Below, piece by piece: positions 58,963 to 64,000 of a DNA stretch of 64,000 nucleotides. The notes beneath the pieces are model-generated. The model did not search any database and was not told where the DNA came from. It saw only the letters and a program-made list of their open reading frames with translations. The position numbers and the translations under genes were made by a program. The stretch spans positions 26,970,001 to 27,034,000 of the forward strand of contig OX597831.1 in assembly GCA_951406725.2 (NCBI GenBank), written 5' to 3'. Origin of the DNA: Octopus vulgaris (Eukaryota). How positions within the stretch are numbered: position 1 is the first letter of the stretch; every line of letters begins with the position of its first letter.

Positions 58963-59132
58963 TAATATATACGACGGGCTTCTTTCAGTTTCCGTCTACC
59001 AAATCCATTCACAAGGCTTTGGTCGGCCCGAGGCTATAGTAGAAGACACTTACCCAAGGTGCCACGCAGTGGGAGTGAACCCGGAACCATGTGGTTCGTA
59101 AGTAAGCTACTTACCATACAACCACTCCTACG

Positions 59133-59134
<2 letters not shown>
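58827..59134 (-). mobile_element. SINE family A, 3'-truncated
   Basis: Reverse-complement head and body. Confidence 0.85.
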
Positions 59135-59216
<82 letters not shown>

Positions 59217-60592
59217 TACATACTCTCACATATGCTTATACATATACATGCATATATACGTATATATATGCATATACACGTACATACAAATATGTCCACC
59301 CAGCAAAGGTGCACCGATGTCACTGGCATAGATCCCGCCTTTATTTTAACCTTGCGGCTTACATGTAATGGTTTTATGAGTGAGCAAATTCAGTTTGTTT
59401 CGATCGTTTTTATATCAATCGGTGGGAGTCTCCTGTAATTTGTTTATATTCATATGTCAAAGATATTCTTTAATCCACATCATTAACTGGTTTGCTATAT
59501 TATTGTTATTTCCATTCAGAACAGGTTTGAAAATTTTAATGAAACCTTTATTCTTTTATTTTTCTGTCAACCTCACTTGTGTCATGTAGTTTGTGGAAAG
59601 GAAAAAATTAGAAAGAGAGAGATAAGTTATATTAAATCTTTGTGGCTAAAAACAACAGTAACACCGTCCTCTATAGAACCGCCACATTTAGTTGTAAATA
59701 TATTTTTTTAAATTAGAAACATAAATGTGACCAGAGTCTTAAGAAATACTTACATTGCTAGAAATAAGAGCTAAGATGCTCCAATGCTGTAGTTGACGAA
59801 CATGAATGAAAGCATATACACAATCAGGGAGTTGAATCGCTTTTTCGGATGATTCAGGTCCCTGTTAGTGAATATGCCTTCATTTATGTTCGTCAACTAC
59901 AGCATTGGAGCATCTTAGATCTCTTATTTCTAGCAACAGTAGCACCGTCCTCTATAGAACCGCCACATTTAGTTGGCAAATATTTTTTTTTTTAAATTAG
60001 AAACATTTTCTGACCACATGTTTCTGTATGTCGGCTCAATGGACTTTGCTGAACATTAGTGTTCCGGATTTGTTGTCTGTGAACTGGTGAGCATTCCGAT
60101 AATGCATACCCTCCCTCGCCAAAAGAATAGTTCCTCGCAGTTAGGGCATTTAATGCAGTAGATCAAATTTCTGCTTTTGCAGTTCATATCTGCATTTGTG
60201 AAAATCTGTCCATTTTTTTTTTTGTTCTAATGGATCTACCAGTAGGCATCTATTGACACGTTCCACATCTGCTATCATTACACTTGGATTCTGTGAATGT
60301 CTATACTGTTTGTTTATGTTGAATTTTGCCTTTGTTAATAGTTTTTTTAAGGTTATGTGGGTTGCCTTTTACATAAAATAAGTGTTTGATTAGTTATATT
60401 GTTGTTTTTTTTTTTATTTTTCACTTTGTTTCATGATTGGCAAATTTCTTTTGATGATGTTTAAAATGTTTTGGTGAAGCAGTATGTGTTACTAGAAATG
60501 GTATTGTGTTCCGTTGATGGGTTCGTCTTTCTTCCTTTGTTCTATGTTGTTCTATAGGTATCTTTTTTGATCGCTGTATGCTATTTACTATA

Positions 60593-60827
60593 TATTTCTT
60601 TATTACCCACAAGGGGCTAAACACAGAGGGGACAAACAAGGACAGACAAACGGATTAAGTCGATTATATCGACCTCAGTGAGGTAACTGGTACTTATTTA
60701 ATCGACCCCGAAAGGATGAAAGGCAAAGTCGACCTCGGCGGAATTTGAACTCAGAACGTAACGGCAGAGGAAATACGGCTACGCATTTCGCCCGGCGTGC
60801 AAACGTTTCTGCCAGCTCGCCGACTTA
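60593..60827 (-). mobile_element. SINE family C, full length with 16-bp TSD
   Basis: GGCGAGCTGGCAGAAACG..GAGTTCAAATTCCGCCGAGGTCGACTTTGCCTTTCATCCTTTCGGGGTCGAT..TTAGCCCCTTGTGGGTAATAAAG. TSD TATGCTATTTACTATA at 60577-60592 and 60828-60843. Confidence 0.9.
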
Positions 60828-61311
60828 TATGCTATTTACTATAGTTTTGCTTGGGCAGAAATCCTGGTATTTAGATCATCTACTATAGAACAAATTTTCC
60901 TGGCTATATTATTCATATATATTATTCTATACAAATTTACACAAATTCGGCGGAACATATAAGCACTTGACGCGTAATCACAGGGATGTGAGTTCGACTC
61001 TCATGGCTGGCCTGTAACGTATTTTTCTGCAATGTATGGATAATTTATCCTGTTCACGCTATTTTATTAGCATTATCACGCATTTGAGAATAAAAAAATT
61101 ATTTCTGTATCTTTCAATACATCTCAACGCTTCTAAAAACAAACTTTCTTTGTTTACTTTCATCGTAAGTTGAATATATATGTATACGTGTATATATATA
61201 TATATATATACATACACACACACACACTCAGACTACACACAGGCTCACACACATATATATCTATGTATACACACGCATTCAGACACATACATGCATATGT
61301 GTGTGAATGTC

Positions 61312-61327
<16 letters not shown>

Positions 61328-61343
<16 letters not shown>

Positions 61344-61780
61344 CCTATTTTCAGCTCAGAGCTGCGGCCATGCTGATGCATCGCCGTTTTGTGCTACACT
61401 GTTATTACGACGAACCTCGTCTAATATGTGGCACTTGGTGAAGAATGGAGTTTGATACAGCTACTCTCATTTGCACCTCTTGCCGTGAGGTAGGTTTATC
61501 TGGGACTCTTGACAGGAAGATGTCCAGCTTTGATTTAAAAACCGCTACATCTACTTTGTGCAAGTTCCTCAGACTCTTTGGGAGAATATTAAAAAGCTGT
61601 GGGCCCTTGAAACCCAGGCTGTTGCAGAAGCTGGCCCTGAAGCGTGATGGCATTGCTGGGATCTTTGGCACTATGCAGTGTCGTCCCGTTCTAGCATTGG
61701 TGTAGCATACAATGCCAAAATTTGGCACAATTCCTTCCAGGATCTTCCAGACATATATTACTGCATACCTCTCCCGTCTT
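61328..61780 (-). mobile_element. CR1/L2-group LINE 3' fragment
   Basis: RRRERYAVIYVWKILEGIVPN..NSLGFKGPQLFNILPKSLRNL..FKSKLDIFLSRVPD, then a short 3' UTR stem-loop and poly(A). Confidence 0.8.
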
Positions 61781-62013
61781 CTCTTTACTTGTTTTAGTCA
61801 TTTCACTGCGTCCATGCTGGAGCACCGCCTCAAAGGTTTTTAGTCGAATAAATCGACTCCAGGACTTATTCTTGTTTAAAGCCTAGTATTCTATCAGTCT
61901 TCTTTGCTGAACTGCTAAGTTACGGGAACGAAAACAGTTGTCCAAACTGTGTTTGAGACAAACACAGACACAAAGACACGCACTTTCACACACACACACA
62001 CATACACGCACGC

Positions 62014-62094
<81 letters not shown>

Positions 62095-62273
62095 TATATA
62101 CATATATATATACTTATATATACGACGGGCCTCTTTCAGTTCCCGTCTATCAAATACACTCACAAAGGTCGGCTCGAGGCTACAGTAGAAGACACTTGTC
62201 CAAGGTTCCTCGCAGTGGGACTGAACCCGGAGCTATGTGGCTGGAAGGCAAGCTTCTTATTACACAGCCATGT
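61781..62273 (-). mobile_element. SINE family A, diverged
   Basis: Reverse-complement copy abutting the CR1-group fragment. Confidence 0.8.
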
Positions 62274-62454
62274 CTATAAGTATATAAACAATGAACTTGT
62301 GTTGCATTATCTATGAGTCATATTATATACACCTGTGCGCCATACTATTGCATCAGCTTTACTTTATAACTTGTATAACTACTTGAACAATAAATTTGTT
62401 TGCGTATATACATATACATACATTTGTACACTTACAAAGACACGCACACTCCCT

Positions 62455-62521
<67 letters not shown>

Positions 62522-62610
62522 GTGTTTTGTTGAAGTAACTTGAAATGACTTTCAAATACTGAAAAGGAAGTAGAGCTTTGTTGTTTAGTGACCTATATGC
62601 TATGCTTACA

Positions 62611-62646
<36 letters not shown>

Positions 62647-62648
<2 letters not shown>

Positions 62649-62809
62649 CGCGGGAATGGCTGTGTGGTGAGTAGCTTGCTTACCAACCACATGGTTCCGG
62701 GATCAGTCCCACCTGCGTGCCACCTTGGGCAAGTATCTTCTATATCCTCGAGCCGACCAAAGCCTTGTGAGTGGATTTGGTAGACAGAAACTGAAAGAAG
62801 CCCGTCGTA

Positions 62810-62893
<84 letters not shown>

Positions 62894-63119
62894 TGTATGT
62901 GTGTGTATATGTTTGTATGTCTGTGTTTGCCCCCCCCCCCCAACATCGCTTGATAACAGATGCTGATGTTTTTACGTCCCCGTAAATTAGCGGTTCGGCA
63001 AAAGAGACCGATAGAAAAATTACTAGGCTTACAAAGAATAAGTCCTGGGATCGATTTGCTCGACTAAAGACGGTGCTCCAGCACGGCCGCAGTCAAACGA
63101 CTGAAACAAGTAAAAGAGT
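62647..63119 (+). mobile_element. SINE family A
   Basis: Full copy. Further partial copies at ~1420-1605, 1640-1850, 2655-2815, 4740-5050, 8225-8370, 44340-44830, 55330-55520, 63200-63375 and 63847-63955. Confidence 0.9.
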
Positions 63120-64000
63120 ATATAAACACGAGGAGGTGGTAAAAGGTTTTTCACTTTTACGGTTTCGCGAAAGACATGACAGGATCTATGTTTGTTTACA
63201 CCCTTGTTACTTAGCGATTCGGCAATAGCGTCCGACAGAAGCCCGATAGAAGTACTAGGCCTTTTTTGAAAAAAAAAAGTGTACTGGTATCCACTATTTA
63301 TTTGACTGGTGATTTCAAGGCGGTACTCCAGAATGGTCGTAGTCCAATGATTTAAATATGCAAAAGATAAAAGTTAAAACAGCGATCTATAATAATATTC
63401 TATATATTGCTTCTAGTTGTGAAATCATAGATTTAGTGTAAATGCGTACAGAAATTATATACGACTGTGTAGCCGAGAACTTCGCAACCATTGGCCTTGT
63501 GAGTGCACTTGGCGAACAGAATATGTATGGAAGCTCTTCGCACGCACACACACACACACACACTTACATACACATATACACACACACACTTACACACACA
63601 CTCACACACGAGCCCGCGCACTCACACACATCAGTATATAAATATATATTTCTTTTATACAGCGTTCAAAAAGTCTCTCCGCAGTATTTTATTGCAAACT
63701 AAATACTCATAAGATAGTATAAGACTGCAAAGTGGAGGCACATGGCCTTGTGGTTAGAGCAGCGGACTCGCGGTCGAGGGATCGCCGGTTCGAATCTCAG
63801 ACCGGGCGATGTGTGTGTTTATGAGCGAAATACGCACGCACACACATTTGACTGCGGCCTTGCTGGAGCACCGCCTTAAAGGATTACCGCTAAGTTACGG
63901 TGACGTAAACACGCCAGCATCGGTTGCCAAGCGATGGTGGCGGGACAAATAGACACATTGGCACGCACACTTAAATATATACATACACATATATATAAAC

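Overview
AT-rich, microsatellite-saturated eukaryotic DNA. The tRNA-derived SINE families and the density of (TA)n/(CA)n/(TACA)n/(TAA)n point to an octopus (coleoid cephalopod) genome; this is an inference from repeat recognition. No host protein-coding exon, rRNA, intact tRNA or CRISPR array could be supported, and almost all listed ORFs are translated microsatellites or SINEs. The window is intronic or intergenic and built from mobile-element debris: more than 25 copies of one SINE family plus three other SINE families, Tc1 and maT/mariner relics, a hAT-like relic, two non-autonomous Helitrons, 3' fragments of Tx1, CR1-group and RTE LINEs, and three Penelope-like (GIY-YIG) relics. The main hidden signal is about a dozen minimal type I hammerhead-ribozyme folds from at least six unrelated sequence families. 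They sit in short non-coding elements inserted in (TA)n, often as direct or inverted repeats. One fold (5654-5714, minus strand) has a fully canonical catalytic core. Two SINE families also share their 3' tails with LINE fragments in the same window, in one case with compensatory stem changes.
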